From Methanobacteriota archaeon (GTDB lineage Archaea > Thermoplasmatota > Poseidoniia > Poseidoniales > Thalassarchaeaceae): DNA of 64,000 bases. Below the pieces are notes generated by a model, which was not told where the DNA came from, did no database searches, and saw only the letters and a list, made by a program, of their open reading frames with translations. Both the position numbers and the translations under genes were made by a program. Location of the stretch: assembly GCA_004195615.1 (NCBI GenBank), contig PSPW01000001.1:210881-274880 (forward strand). Direction: 5' to 3'. Each line of letters starts with the position of its first letter. Position 1 is the first letter of the stretch. Below are positions 41,001-52,239 of this stretch, piece after piece.

Positions 41001-42593
41001 ATGGTCGAGTCTGATCACGATATGGCGCTGGAAGACACAGACAGAATTCATGGAAGGACTGCTTTAGTCAACAACGTCAAGGCTGCTTCATCTCTTGCGG
41101 GGGCGATTCGATCCACTCTAGGTCCGAAGGGGCTTGACAAGATGCTTGTTGACGGGGACGGTTCTGCTTTGGTTACAAACGATGGAGTCACGGTTCTGGA
41201 GAAGGCAAACGTAGAACATCCCACAGCGAGACTACTTATCGATGCCTCTTCGTCTCAAGATAGGTCGGCGCGAGATGGGACTACTACGACGGTTCTTCTT
41301 GTTGCGGAGATGTTGCAGAACGCTCTGGAGCTAGTGAGAATGGGGGTTCACCCCTCCATTATCGTAAATGGCTACTCAATTGCATTGGAGGAATCAATCA
41401 GCGAGATTGAGAGAGTCTCGAGAGAATCCAATGAGGTTCAGAAGTCGCAAGTCGTGAAAACGTCCTTGCAGGGCAAGGGAGATTCTTCGATATGTGGACT
41501 GATTGCAAACCTAGCAGTTGAGGCAGCAAACGGACTAGTGGACGTGGAAGGAGGGGACGACTTGGAAAGAATGGTGGTGAAGCGTCTACAGATTAGGGAA
41601 GGTAGTGTCATGGACTCCTCATTGGTCAATGGTTTGATGCTACTAAAATCAAGAGTCGATGCAAACAGTCCAGCGAATTCCGGAGGAGGTGTGATCGCAA
41701 TCATTGACGGAGGGTTGGAACCGCCCAAGCTACAGGCAAATGCATCGATCGAGGTGAGCAGCCTCGGAGTTCTCCAAGAGTTCCACGAAAGGTCTCGAGA
41801 AAATATGCAAAAGCAAGTTGAGCATCTCGCATCCCTTGGGATAGATTTGCTCATAGTTAGGGACGGAATAGCTGACGAAGCGATAATGCAACTGACTGAG
41901 GCGGGGATTGTGGCATACCGGAGGTTCGAGAGAAATGACATGGATTTATTGTCTAGAATTTCTGGAGCTAAGCCTGCCAGAAACGCCAGTGCATTGGAAA
42001 TGGAGAATCTCGGAACTTATTCAAAGAGATTAGAGGAAAGCATCGCAGATGTCAAGCACACCATAATCGAAGGTGATGGAGTGGGAATGACTCTGGCAGT
42101 CAGAGGATCATCACCCGCGGTAAGGGAGGAAGCAATCAGAATTTTCGACGATGCAATTGGAGTTGCTCATCGCCTTAACAGCAGACCCGGGGTCCTACCT
42201 GGAGGGGGGGCTATACAGTCTCACCTAGCTAGGCATCTGAGGCCTTTCTCTCAGACTCAGTCGGGAAGAGAGCAGCTTGCCATTGAGGCATATGCTTCAG
42301 CGCTTGAGTCGATTCCAAGGATTCTTGCTGAAAACGCAGGCAGGGATCCAGTGGAAGTGATTCTCTCTCTATCAGCCGATCAGAAGAAATCGGGTGCATG
42401 GATAGGTTTAGACCTTCAGAGAGGAGAGAACTGCGATATGGCGGAGATGGGTATCTTGGATACTGAATTCGTAGTGAAGCACGCACTTTCCGGGGCGACG
42501 GAAGCCGCAATCGGTGTGCTCAGAATTGACGACGTCCTCTGGGCTCGAACGGACCCTAGCACTCCCGATTGGGAAGAGGAAGCTGAGGACTAG
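41001..42593 (+). CDS. Group II chaperonin (thermosome) subunit, divergent
   Basis: [34 protein letters not shown]. Confidence 0.93.
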   Translation: MVESDHDMALEDTDRIHGRTALVNNVKAASSLAGAIRSTLGPKGLDKMLVDGDGSALVTNDGVTVLEKANVEHPTARLLIDASSSQDRSARDGTTTTVLLVAEMLQNALELVRMGVHPSIIVNGYSIALEESISEIERVSRESNEVQKSQVVKTSLQGKGDSSICGLIANLAVEAANGLVDVEGGDDLERMVVKRLQIREGSVMDSSLVNGLMLLKSRVDANSPANSGGGVIAIIDGGLEPPKLQANASIEVSSLGVLQEFHERSRENMQKQVEHLASLGIDLLIVRDGIADEAIMQLTEAGIVAYRRFERNDMDLLSRISGAKPARNASALEMENLGTYSKRLEESIADVKHTIIEGDGVGMTLAVRGSSPAVREEAIRIFDDAIGVAHRLNSRPGVLPGGGAIQSHLARHLRPFSQTQSGREQLAIEAYASALESIPRILAENAGRDPVEVILSLSADQKKSGAWIGLDLQRGENCDMAEMGILDTEFVVKHALSGATEAAIGVLRIDDVLWARTDPSTPDWEEEAED

Positions 42594-43546
42594 GAACTCG
42601 AGATTCCCCTCAGCATTTCATCGACCAAGGAACTAAGATTGAAATCTGGGGACCAATTCCACTCTCTCTCAGCAACAGAACCATCGATCGAATCTGGCCA
42701 TGAGTCAGCATATTCCTGCCTAACATCGGGGACGAAATCACAAGTAAATCCCTCGACTCTTTCTGATATTGCGTTCACCAGCTCCTCCGCTGAGAACGAA
42801 AGACAGGGGATGTTGTATCCAGCTCGGGACTCTCCGAGAGAGACATCGCTAGAATCCATAAGAGTGAGCGTTGCATTGATTGCATCATCCATGTAGAGCA
42901 TTGGGAGACGGGTGTCCGGACGTACGAAGCACTCGTAGTGACCTTCCTTTAGTGCAGCATGGAATATTTCCACAGCATAGTCTGTTGTCCCCCCTCCTGC
43001 AGGAGCCTTGTATGATATTAGACCCGGATAACGAATGCCTCGAGTGTCGACTCCGAAGCGTCCTAGATATTCACGAGCTATGGCTTCCCCGGTCACCTTC
43101 GTCTCACCATAAACCGTTGTGGGGTTGAGTGCTGCACCCTGAGTGGCATGCTTTGGTGAATCTGGGCCAAAAACCGCTATTGATGATGGCGAGTACACCT
43201 TGAGGTTGCAAACCTTGGCTGCCTCTAGTATTGAAATTGTCCCACCTATGTTTATCCTGCGGCATAAATCCGGATCACGCTCCCCTATTGCAGATAGAAG
43301 TGCTGCGAGATGGTATATCGTGCCAACCCCCTCATTTTGGCAGATTCTGGAAATCCCATCGGTATCAAGAACATCCAGAATCACGAATGGGCCCCCTTCA
43401 ACGGAAGAATGCCCTGCTGATTCCTTAATATCAGAGGCGATTACCGACTCGTTTCCGTGCCTTTCACGAAGTGCTTGAACCAAATCCGTACCAATCTGAC
43501 CCAGTGCCCCGGTGACCAGCACCTTGTCTCCCGTGGTGTCCGACAT
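42590..43546 (-). CDS. SDR-type L-threonine 3-dehydrogenase-like NAD-dependent enzyme
   Basis: GALGQIG, HLAALLSA, PSSIAVFG, YGETK, GGGTTDY. Confidence 0.85.
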   Translation of the reverse strand: MSDTTGDKVLVTGALGQIGTDLVQALRERHGNESVIASDIKESAGHSSVEGGPFVILDVLDTDGISRICQNEGVGTIYHLAALLSAIGERDPDLCRRINIGGTISILEAAKVCNLKVYSPSSIAVFGPDSPKHATQGAALNPTTVYGETKVTGEAIAREYLGRFGVDTRGIRYPGLISYKAPAGGGTTDYAVEIFHAALKEGHYECFVRPDTRLPMLYMDDAINATLTLMDSSDVSLGESRAGYNIPCLSFSAEELVNAISERVEGFTCDFVPDVRQEYADSWPDSIDGSVAEREWNWSPDFNLSSLVDEMLRGISSS

Positions 43547-43653
43547 GTGTAACCGTAATTCTGACGCTACTTGAAATTAAAGAATAAGCAAACAGGATTA
43601 TATTGGCCAACGTTGATAGAGGAGGGGCAACTGATTTGAACCCCGTTGATGAG

Positions 43654-45315
43654 ATGAAGTATGTCGTTGTGACGGGTGGAGTGATCTCCGGATTAGGCAA
43701 AGGAGTGACTGCTAGTAGCATTGGCGTTCTTCTAAAAAGCGCTGGACTGAGAGTAACTGCAGTCAAGATTGACCCATATCTGAATACAGACGCGGGAACG
43801 ATGTCTCCGTTTGAACACGGGGAGGTCTTCGTTCTGGACGATGGTGGAGAGGTTGATCTAGATCTAGGAAACTACGAAAGATTCCTTGACGTGTGTCTGA
43901 CGAGAGAGAACAACATAACCACAGGAAAGGTGTATGATAACGTAATTCAGAAGGAGAGGAGGGGAGACTACCTTGGCAAGACTGTACAGGTAATCCCTCA
44001 CATTACCAATGAGATTCAGGACTGGATAGAGAGAGTGGCCCACGCTCCAAGTGATGGCAACGGGAAGAAACCAGATGCCTGTGTGATTGAGTTGGGCGGG
44101 ACTGTGGGGGACATCGAAAGTGCGCCTTTCATCGAAGCACTGCGACAGTTCCAATTCAGAGTCGGGCAAGAGAACATTTGCTTTGTTCACGTCAGTCTGA
44201 TTCCAGTAATGGGCCCAGTCGGGGAGCAGAAGACAAAGCCAACCCAACATACTGTGAAAGATCTCAGGGGCCTTGGAATTAATCCGCATATGCTTGTCTG
44301 CAGATCAAAGAGTCCCTTGATTGACGACACTCGTCAGAAGATTTCCGCATTCTGTCACGTACCTCCGGAAGCGGTTCTCTCAGCTCACGATGTTACGAAC
44401 ATCTACCAAGTCCCAATAATGCTTGAGACCCAGGGAGTAACTAGGATGCTCTCGGAGAGGTTTGATTTCGAAATCCCAGCCAAGAGGGAAATACTGGAAG
44501 ATTGGAAAAAGCTGGCTGATCACGTCGACTCGCTAGAGGATGCAGAGGAAGTGCATATTGCAGTTGCTGGGAAGTATACCGACCTCTCAGACTCTTATCT
44601 CAGTGTAATAAAGGCCCTTCAACATGCATCTTTCAAGGTAGACAGAAAGCTGGTTATAGATTGGATTGAGTCATCGGTACTGGACGAGGATGCTAGGAAG
44701 ACGAAACAAGAATCGCATGATGAAGCTTGGGAAATCCTTCGAGCAGCAGATGGAATTCTAGTACCTGGAGGATTCGGTATCAGGGGGATAGAGGGGAAAA
44801 TTAAGGCTGCAGAGTACGCTAGAGAGAATAATGTCCCTTACTTGGGGGTTTGCCTGGGCTTGCAAGTAGCGACAATCGAGTTCTGCAGGAACGTTTTGGG
44901 TATGGAAGGGGCGAATTCCGCCGAATTCGAGGAAAATCCCCCTCACGCTGCCATTGTCTTCATGCCAGAGATATCCAAGACTCACATGGGCGGGACGATG
45001 AGGCTTGGGACAAAGCCAACTCCATTCCTAGTGGATGACTGTAAAATCAAGCGCCTATACGGCGGGGTAGAGCACGTAGATGAGAGGCACAGGCACAGAT
45101 ACGAAGTTAATCCAGAACTAATCGAAGATATCGAGAGCTCAGGCTTGATTTACGTGGGCAAGGACGAGACTGGGGAGCGTTGCGAGATTATGGAGCTAGA
45201 AGGCCATCCTTATTTCGTCGGCACCCAGTACCATCCAGAGTTCAAATCAAGGCCGGACCGGCCAAGTCCTCCATTCCTAGGCCTCCTGATGGCGGCTTCA
45301 GGAATGGAAATCTAA
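43654..45315 (+). CDS. pyrG: CTP synthase
   Basis: [42 protein letters not shown]. Confidence 0.98.
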   Translation: MKYVVVTGGVISGLGKGVTASSIGVLLKSAGLRVTAVKIDPYLNTDAGTMSPFEHGEVFVLDDGGEVDLDLGNYERFLDVCLTRENNITTGKVYDNVIQKERRGDYLGKTVQVIPHITNEIQDWIERVAHAPSDGNGKKPDACVIELGGTVGDIESAPFIEALRQFQFRVGQENICFVHVSLIPVMGPVGEQKTKPTQHTVKDLRGLGINPHMLVCRSKSPLIDDTRQKISAFCHVPPEAVLSAHDVTNIYQVPIMLETQGVTRMLSERFDFEIPAKREILEDWKKLADHVDSLEDAEEVHIAVAGKYTDLSDSYLSVIKALQHASFKVDRKLVIDWIESSVLDEDARKTKQESHDEAWEILRAADGILVPGGFGIRGIEGKIKAAEYARENNVPYLGVCLGLQVATIEFCRNVLGMEGANSAEFEENPPHAAIVFMPEISKTHMGGTMRLGTKPTPFLVDDCKIKRLYGGVEHVDERHRHRYEVNPELIEDIESSGLIYVGKDETGERCEIMELEGHPYFVGTQYHPEFKSRPDRPSPPFLGLLMAASGMEI

Positions 45316-46460
45316 TCAACAGAAACTGGTAGGATCCTTGTCGTCCGAAATCCCTGTAGTACCTTCATGTACCTCTTGGATGCGAATTCTTGGTCGAGAT
45401 CCTCATCGCCAGTCTCAATCCTTAGTGCTCTGACTGTTAGGAGTTTTGCAGGTGTCACCACTCCGAGGATGTTGTCAATACCAATCGAGCCAAGCACGGC
45501 TGGAGAAAGTTGCAGATTTCCCCTCCCGATCAGGAAACCCTGGCCCCCCATTGGTGAGAGGAGGAGCGTGGTGGGTCCCACATGAGAGTCTAGGAGTGCG
45601 AGTATTCCCGATTCATCCAGGTCCGTGCCAACTTGCTCCCCACCAATAGTAGCATCAATTCCAAGAGTCGTCAATTCAAAACCGATGTTGCCCGCAATCT
45701 CACGGAGAGTCCCACCCGAACCCCAGATAATTAGACGGTCGTCACTTACTAGGGAATCCTCGATATGGTCTGATATGCCAATGATGATTTCTTTCTCTGA
45801 TTCTGTTTCAATCAGCTGTTTAGATCCCTGCATCCACCTCGGAGAATTTGGGGAGAAAGCCTCAGCATAGAGTCGAACGACCCATTTTCCCTTTCTGTAG
45901 AGTTCCTCGTCTAGATCCAGTACTTCGGTGGAAGATACTAGGAGATCTCCATGAAGCCATGCTGAAAGGACCTCGGCGGCTGCCTTGGGTGAGCTGGCGA
46001 AGCAACCCGAGTGCATCTTCACTCCGGAGGGGACACCTATAATCGGTAGTTCAGAGGATTGCGAATTACCTAGAGAAGCAACGATGTCTCTAGTTGTCCC
46101 ATCCCCTCCAGAGTAGACTAGAATATCGATTCTATTCTCAAGAAGCCTCTCAATAGCATCTTCAGTATCGGTAGCCGAGGTTTCGCCAGATGACTCATGA
46201 ACCTCAGAAATAGTCCCAGTCTGAAGTTCCTCGGGAATCCAGTCAGTTCCCATCCTACCTCTGCTGGTTATCCACTCTAGCTGATTTGATTCCCCCCGGT
46301 GAATGCTAGAGAAATGCCTTAGCATTGATTCTAAACGTGGTCCTGACCTATCTTCAGCCCCCTTCGAACGAGCCAACTCAGCCTGGCCATCTGAGCCTTT
46401 GAGGCCTAGTCTACCCCCTAGTCCGGCATCGGGATTAGCTAGTAGGCCAATGCGCACCAT
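45312..46460 (-). CDS. ATP-NAD kinase / AcoX-like family protein
   Basis: [43 protein letters not shown]. Confidence 0.85.
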   Translation of the reverse strand: MVRIGLLANPDAGLGGRLGLKGSDGQAELARSKGAEDRSGPRLESMLRHFSSIHRGESNQLEWITSRGRMGTDWIPEELQTGTISEVHESSGETSATDTEDAIERLLENRIDILVYSGGDGTTRDIVASLGNSQSSELPIIGVPSGVKMHSGCFASSPKAAAEVLSAWLHGDLLVSSTEVLDLDEELYRKGKWVVRLYAEAFSPNSPRWMQGSKQLIETESEKEIIIGISDHIEDSLVSDDRLIIWGSGGTLREIAGNIGFELTTLGIDATIGGEQVGTDLDESGILALLDSHVGPTTLLLSPMGGQGFLIGRGNLQLSPAVLGSIGIDNILGVVTPAKLLTVRALRIETGDEDLDQEFASKRYMKVLQGFRTTRILPVSVD

Positions 46461-46513
46461 GACTCGCCCAGAGGGAGCGTGTTCTTATCGGTTCACGCTC
46501 GGGACACTGTTCA

Positions 46514-47422
46514 ATGAGGGTCGTGGTCGCACTTGGAGGAAACTCACTTCTCAAGAGGAGAGAGGAACCGACTTCGGAGAATCAGAGGAGGAACGTAAGA
46601 TCTGCCTGCAAGTCTCTAGTACCGCTTGCAGAGAATCACCAACTTGTAATCACACATGGAAATGGCCCTCAAGTGGGACTTCTCGCGATGCAGTCTGCTT
46701 CGTACAAGGAAGTAGAGGAATACCCATTGGATGTCCTTGGGGCCCAGACAGAGGGGATGCTCGGCTATTTCATCGAACAGGAACTGGGCAATATGATGCC
46801 AACAGAGTCTGCTTTCGCGACAATTCTGACTATGGTTGAAGTTGATCCTGATGACCCTGCATTCCAGAACCCCACCAAACCAATTGGACTTCTATACGGT
46901 GAGGAGGAGGCGAAGAAAGTAGCGAAAAAGAGAGGTTGGTCGATAGCCAGAGACGGTGATGGCTGGAGGAGAGTGGTGCCCTCGCCCAAACCTCACAGAA
47001 TTTTCGAGTTGCGACCCATCCACTGGCTTCTTGAGAAGGGGGTTGTGGTGATTTGTGCTGGAGGTGGTGGGATTCCGACTGCATACAACTCCGAGGGGAT
47101 ACTAGAAGGAATCGAGGTTGTCATAGACAAAGACCGGTCAAGTGCACTACTCGCTAGACAGCTAGGGGCCAGACTACTGATTCTTGCGACGGATGCGGAT
47201 GGCGTTTACGATGGCTGGAGAAGTGACAAAGCGAAGATTATCCGAAGGGCGACTCCGGAGGAGATGTCCGGGCGAGAGTTTGATGCGGGCTCAATGGGAC
47301 CGAAGGTAGAGGCAGCATGTGACTTCGTCAGTAGAACTGGCGAGCGTGCCGTAATCGGTTCGCTATCTGAAATAACGGGAATGGTAGACGGGACTTCGGG
47401 CACACAAATCACCATTGAATGA
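46514..47422 (+). CDS. arcC: Carbamate kinase
   Basis: [40 protein letters not shown]. Confidence 0.95.
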   Translation: MRVVVALGGNSLLKRREEPTSENQRRNVRSACKSLVPLAENHQLVITHGNGPQVGLLAMQSASYKEVEEYPLDVLGAQTEGMLGYFIEQELGNMMPTESAFATILTMVEVDPDDPAFQNPTKPIGLLYGEEEAKKVAKKRGWSIARDGDGWRRVVPSPKPHRIFELRPIHWLLEKGVVVICAGGGGIPTAYNSEGILEGIEVVIDKDRSSALLARQLGARLLILATDADGVYDGWRSDKAKIIRRATPEEMSGREFDAGSMGPKVEAACDFVSRTGERAVIGSLSEITGMVDGTSGTQITIE

Positions 47423-47500
47423 GGGTTATTGTGTCAATTTACGGCCAAGGCCTTCATATCGACTGGACGTCGGCGAAGCCGAAGAGGGATACCAGTGGGC

Positions 47501-49441
47501 ATGATTTCTGTTGATGTTGGCGAGGACGGGCCACACGAGTATGCAAGTGGGATTAGCGCAGGAGAGGTAATCAAAAACGTACATGGAAGAAAGTCCGGAG
47601 CCGTAGCCGCATTGGTTGACGGGGAAGAGCGAGATATGTCTTACGCTCTGGAGGAAGACTGCAAGGTTAATCCAATACTGGGTGACTCCGAGAAGGGACT
47701 CTACATCCTGAGGCACAGTTGTGCCCACCTACTCGCTCAAGCTGTGACTCAACTTTACCCCGATGCAAAGCCGACAATTGGTCCTCCGATCGAACACGGA
47801 TTCTACTATGACTTCCACATGGACCCTATTGGTGAAGATGAACTCCGTGAGATAGAGAAGAGGATGAAGGAGCTGGTTAAATCGAACATAGCAATAGAAC
47901 GAGAGGAGTACGCCAACGACTCACTAAGGGAGTTGTTCAGTGCAAATTCCTTCAAGTTGGAGATAATGGATGACAAGATTGGTCATGATGTGGGCTCTTC
48001 CGCATATCGGCAGGGCGAGTTCGTCGATTTGTGCAGGGGGCCTCACGTTTCCCTCACTTCACAGTTGAGGTGGTTCAAGCTAACTAGCACTAGCCAGGCC
48101 TACTGGAGGGCAGACAGGGATCGTGAATCATTAGTCAGGATTTACGGGATGTGCTATTCCTCCAAGGATGGCCTTAAGCAGAGAGAACGGCAGATCGGAG
48201 AGGCCGCCAGAAGGGATCACAAGAAGATTGGAAAGGAGATGGGCCTCTACATGATTGACGAGCTAATCGGCAAGGGCCTACCTGTATGGCTACCCAATGG
48301 TGAGATCCTGAAATCCGAGATAGAGAAGTTCGCTGTAGAAACGGAGGAGTCCTATGGCTACGTCAGAGTGACCACCCCTGTCTTGGGGAAGAAAGAATTG
48401 TTCGAAATGAGCGGACACCTCCCCCACTACTCCGATGGGATGTACCCTCCCATGAAGATGGACGACGGAGAGTACTACCTCAAGGCGATGAACTGCCCAA
48501 TGCATCATCTGATTTTCTCCAACAGTAAGCGTTCATACAGAGAGTTGCCGATTAGGATTGCTGAATACGGAACCGTATACAGAAACGAGCTATCCGGCAC
48601 CTTAACCGGACTTCTCAGAGTCAGGATGCTGTCGATGAATGATGCCCATATTTACTGTACATTGGATCAGGTTGCAGAGGAGGTTGAGAGCAACGTTCGG
48701 ATGGCACAGGAATACTACAAAACATTCGGTTTCGAGGACTATGACTTCCGCTTATCCCTGTGGGACCCAGCGAACAAGGACAAGTACATCGATCAACCCG
48801 AGAATTGGGAGTCCACTCAGAACCATCTCAGACGCATTATGGATGGCTTGGATGTGGATTACACCGAGGCAGTCGGGGAGGCAGCATTCTATGGTCCGAA
48901 GATAGACATTCAATTCAGAACGACTCTTGGAAGGGAGGAGACGCTGGCCACAATTCAGCTGGACTTCGCGGCCAAGGAAAGGTTCGGGTTATCCTACATG
49001 GATGAGACGGGTAATGAGAATGGCGAGGTCTTCGTGATCCATCGAGCACCTCTTTCAACGCACGAGAGATTCGTGGCTTTCCTCCTCGAACAGTGGACGG
49101 GAAATCTTCCGACCTGGCTCTCACCATTGCAGACACAGGTAATCACCATCTCCGAGAAGCACAAGAAATACGCCGACCAGGTGAGGGAGTCCCTAGAACT
49201 GGCAGGAGTAAGAGTGAGCGTGGATGACTCGGACAATACGATTGGGAAGAAGATTAGGACGCACAGGAAGAATCGGCCTGCCTACATGTTAATCCTAGGG
49301 GACGAGGAGATGAGTGGCGGTACCGTCTCGATTAGGGGGCGGAGCGGGAGTCAAAAGAAAGGTGTGAAACTGGAAGAGTTCGTTTCAGACATCTTTGCCG
49401 AGATTTCCAATCGGAGTAGAGAGCTTTCACTGGACGAGTGA
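47501..49441 (+). CDS. thrS: Threonine--tRNA ligase (bacterial type with TGS and editing domains)
   Basis: RHSCAH, DLCRGPH, MNCP, YRNELSG, AFYGPKID, IHRA. Confidence 0.98.
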   Translation: MISVDVGEDGPHEYASGISAGEVIKNVHGRKSGAVAALVDGEERDMSYALEEDCKVNPILGDSEKGLYILRHSCAHLLAQAVTQLYPDAKPTIGPPIEHGFYYDFHMDPIGEDELREIEKRMKELVKSNIAIEREEYANDSLRELFSANSFKLEIMDDKIGHDVGSSAYRQGEFVDLCRGPHVSLTSQLRWFKLTSTSQAYWRADRDRESLVRIYGMCYSSKDGLKQRERQIGEAARRDHKKIGKEMGLYMIDELIGKGLPVWLPNGEILKSEIEKFAVETEESYGYVRVTTPVLGKKELFEMSGHLPHYSDGMYPPMKMDDGEYYLKAMNCPMHHLIFSNSKRSYRELPIRIAEYGTVYRNELSGTLTGLLRVRMLSMNDAHIYCTLDQVAEEVESNVRMAQEYYKTFGFEDYDFRLSLWDPANKDKYIDQPENWESTQNHLRRIMDGLDVDYTEAVGEAAFYGPKIDIQFRTTLGREETLATIQLDFAAKERFGLSYMDETGNENGEVFVIHRAPLSTHERFVAFLLEQWTGNLPTWLSPLQTQVITISEKHKKYADQVRESLELAGVRVSVDDSDNTIGKKIRTHRKNRPAYMLILGDEEMSGGTVSIRGRSGSQKKGVKLEEFVSDIFAEISNRSRELSLDE

Positions 49442-49477
49442 AGTATCAATACTGGACCCCATCTAGGAATATCCACA

Positions 49478-50497
49478 ATGGTCACCAAGGATGGCATTGG
49501 AAGCTCCGATAACTCGGAGGCGATGCTGTCAACAGCACGTTCTGTGATTCGCACATGCCTCCAAGTCAGGAGGGAGGAGGACGTCCTAGTAATCACTGAT
49601 CCAGATACAGCGGAGGTGGGCCAGGCGCTATACGAGGAGGCTGCAAGAGTAACAGACCGGATACTCCTGGTAATGATGCCACCAACCCAGAAAACTGGGA
49701 AGGAACCTCCCCTTCCAGTCTCGGACATAATGAGGAAAAATAGGGTGATCATCATTGCAACCAAGGATTCCCTCACGCACACCAGGGCAAGGCAGCAGGC
49801 GACCAAAGAGGGAGCTAGAATAATCTCCATGCCTGGAATTGGGAGTATTTCCTTCGAGTCGGGTGGCATGACTGCGGACTACAACGCCTTGCAAAGAGAG
49901 ATTAGCGGCATGGGTTCAGTCTTCAGGAGGAAGAGGAGGGTCCGCGTCAAGTCAAAAGCAGGGACGGATGTGGAGTTCACCACCGGTAACAGGTGGATTC
50001 TAGAAGACAACGGAATTTGCAACAGACCTGGGCAGATTGCCAACCTACCTGCAGGAAAGGTGTTCGTCCTCCCCAAAGAGAAGAGCATGAATGGTACCAT
50101 TGTAATCGATGGGTCGTGGGAGGGGAGGCTGCTGGAAGATTCCATCTCGTTCAAAATCGAAGAAGGTCTAGTTACCGGCATCTCTGGCGGGGAGCTAGCT
50201 GAGGAAATTAGTGCGGTTTTCGAAGTTGCAAAATCTGGAGTAAGGAACACCAAGAGAGATCAAGTGTGGACTGTTGCTGAGTTCGGATTCGGTATGAATC
50301 CGAAGGCCACGAAACTGGTAGGAAACAAAGTCGAGGATCTTGTTGTCAGAGGATCATCGTATTTCGGGTTCGGCGACAATTCCCACATCGGTGGTGATGC
50401 CAGAGTCGGGATTCACCTCAGAGGTTCGCTCATTGACCCTGAGGTAACCCTAGAGGATTCTGTGATTGTTTCTGAAGGGAAGATATCTGTTCGGTAG
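49478..50497 (+). CDS. M29/aminopeptidase-T-like protein with degenerate metal site
   Basis: EPP, SLTHTRAR, NLPAG(K)VF, NGTIVIDGS, VAEFGFGMNP, FGDN...GG. Confidence 0.8.
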   Translation: MVTKDGIGSSDNSEAMLSTARSVIRTCLQVRREEDVLVITDPDTAEVGQALYEEAARVTDRILLVMMPPTQKTGKEPPLPVSDIMRKNRVIIIATKDSLTHTRARQQATKEGARIISMPGIGSISFESGGMTADYNALQREISGMGSVFRRKRRVRVKSKAGTDVEFTTGNRWILEDNGICNRPGQIANLPAGKVFVLPKEKSMNGTIVIDGSWEGRLLEDSISFKIEEGLVTGISGGELAEEISAVFEVAKSGVRNTKRDQVWTVAEFGFGMNPKATKLVGNKVEDLVVRGSSYFGFGDNSHIGGDARVGIHLRGSLIDPEVTLEDSVIVSEGKISVR

Positions 50498-50505
50498 GTG
50501 ATCTA

Positions 50506-51111
50506 GTGCGTGCAGTACTCTGGTGCAACGGCTCAATGCCACCTTCCACAGTAATTGACTCGGTAATCTCTGGTGATGTACCAGTATTCGGAGTGGATGG
50601 TGGTGGTGATCGCGCCACTGAATCTGGCATTGAAGTTGAAGAGATTCTCGGCGACCTAGACTCTGTGGACGTTCTTTCCTGGGAAGGGAGAACGGTGGAG
50701 TTGGCCGAGCAAATGACCAGCGATCTGGCAAAATCACTCGTCCTTCTGATTGACCGAGGATTCGATGAGATTGATATTGTCGGTGCCGATGGTGGCGAGC
50801 CCGCCCATATCCTCGGAAACTGGGCAGCAATGCATGATGCCCCTCCCGGGGCCCTCATCCGTATTCATCACGAGAATCATGTCACCACAAGGATTCATCC
50901 CGAAGAGGGGGAAGTGTCGATGGAAATCGGACTAGGGGAGGTTTTCTCGGTCTTCGCTCTTGAGCCGAGCAAGGTGTGGATTTCAGGAGCCAAGTGGGAG
51001 ATGTCCGGAGATTTACTTTCCCTCTCCACAAGGGGGCTGCACAACGAAGGAATGGGCGGCATGGTCTCAGTAAGAAGCGACGGGGTTCTAGCGATCATCT
51101 CACTACGATGA
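50506..51111 (+). CDS. thiN: Thiamine pyrophosphokinase
   Basis: VDGG, ILGDLDS, SDLAK, GAKW...GLHNE; SD-like AGGTGA upstream. Confidence 0.85.
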   Translation: MRAVLWCNGSMPPSTVIDSVISGDVPVFGVDGGGDRATESGIEVEEILGDLDSVDVLSWEGRTVELAEQMTSDLAKSLVLLIDRGFDEIDIVGADGGEPAHILGNWAAMHDAPPGALIRIHHENHVTTRIHPEEGEVSMEIGLGEVFSVFALEPSKVWISGAKWEMSGDLLSLSTRGLHNEGMGGMVSVRSDGVLAIISLR

Positions 51112-52191
51112 CTACTCTTCCTCGCGCACTTTCATAGCTAGCATCAGGGCAATCGGACGGGTCCTCTCATCCTCCTCGAGTGCTATTCGTGCAATTATCA
51201 TGATTGGAACTCCAATTATTGCCCCGGAAATCCCCCACACTGAGGCGCTAACCATGACCGTTAGGAGGAGAACCAGGGGCGAAATCCCAAGTCTCTGTCC
51301 AGAGAGGTTTGGCTCTATGAAGGAGCCGAAGAGTTGCTGATTGCCGATCATGGCTACTCCGAGAAACAGGGCTTGGATTGGGTCCAGTACTATCAGGGCG
51401 ATCATCATCGGTGGTATGGTGGCTAGAAGTGCCCCGAGGATGGGGATGAAGTCGAGCATGAAGCATAGGACTCCGAACAAAAACCAACCTGGAATTTCCA
51501 TGTACCAGAGAAGGAAAGTCAGAATGATTGCTTGGCCGGCGCTACAAGTTGCCTTCGAAATGACATAAGTCGATATTGCCTCTGATGAGTTTGAGACGAT
51601 GTTCCTAACCCTGCTATAGGAGCTTGGGAAGGCAGCCTTGAATCTTCCAGGGAGGCTCTTCTCCTCAAGGATCAGGAATATGACAAAGATTGCTACTGTG
51701 GCCATTGTGGTCATGAATGAAGCAAGATCGGCGAGTATGTGTGTGGCAAAATCCTGGATGTTCTGCGGATCAAGGACATTCTCGATGGCTTTCTGGCTGG
51801 TAATCAGATCTTCGAAACCATAGAGGTTGGCCTCGCCCAGATTTGTCCACTTTTCGTCGAACTTGTCAATCAAGCCCCCCTCCTTGTTCATCTCATCTTT
51901 GAATTGATCGATATTCCTGTACAGCAGTATAGAAACGGCATACGAGGCCATTACACCGAAGGCAAGAATCACTCCATAGGCCAGCATTGGCATTCTTGAG
52001 ACAACATCGAATCTCTCGATTAGGTACTGTTCAGGTGCCCTGATTAGGAAATAGATGAGAACTGCAATTGCGAGAGGCATCAGGATTGGTTTCAGATTAA
52101 CCAGTACGAGATAGCCCACTAGGGTGATGATTCCAAAATTTGCTATCGTAGCGCTATTCGATCTCCGCGGTGAAGTAATTCGGCTCTCCAT
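51112..52191 (-). CDS. AI-2E family transporter
   Basis: Multi-TM; FIPILG, IEPNLSGQRLGISP, WGISGAIIGVP. Confidence 0.9.
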   Translation of the reverse strand: MESRITSPRRSNSATIANFGIITLVGYLVLVNLKPILMPLAIAVLIYFLIRAPEQYLIERFDVVSRMPMLAYGVILAFGVMASYAVSILLYRNIDQFKDEMNKEGGLIDKFDEKWTNLGEANLYGFEDLITSQKAIENVLDPQNIQDFATHILADLASFMTTMATVAIFVIFLILEEKSLPGRFKAAFPSSYSRVRNIVSNSSEAISTYVISKATCSAGQAIILTFLLWYMEIPGWFLFGVLCFMLDFIPILGALLATIPPMMIALIVLDPIQALFLGVAMIGNQQLFGSFIEPNLSGQRLGISPLVLLLTVMVSASVWGISGAIIGVPIMIIARIALEEDERTRPIALMLAMKVREEE

Positions 52192-52239
52192 CGAGCAGCG
52201 GAAGACGGATGAGCAATCAAGAGTTTCCCCGGACGTTAA

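Noticed and set aside
46514..47422. Arginine deiminase operon around arcC
   Set aside because: No arcA or arcB in the window; the carbamate kinase is an orphan here.
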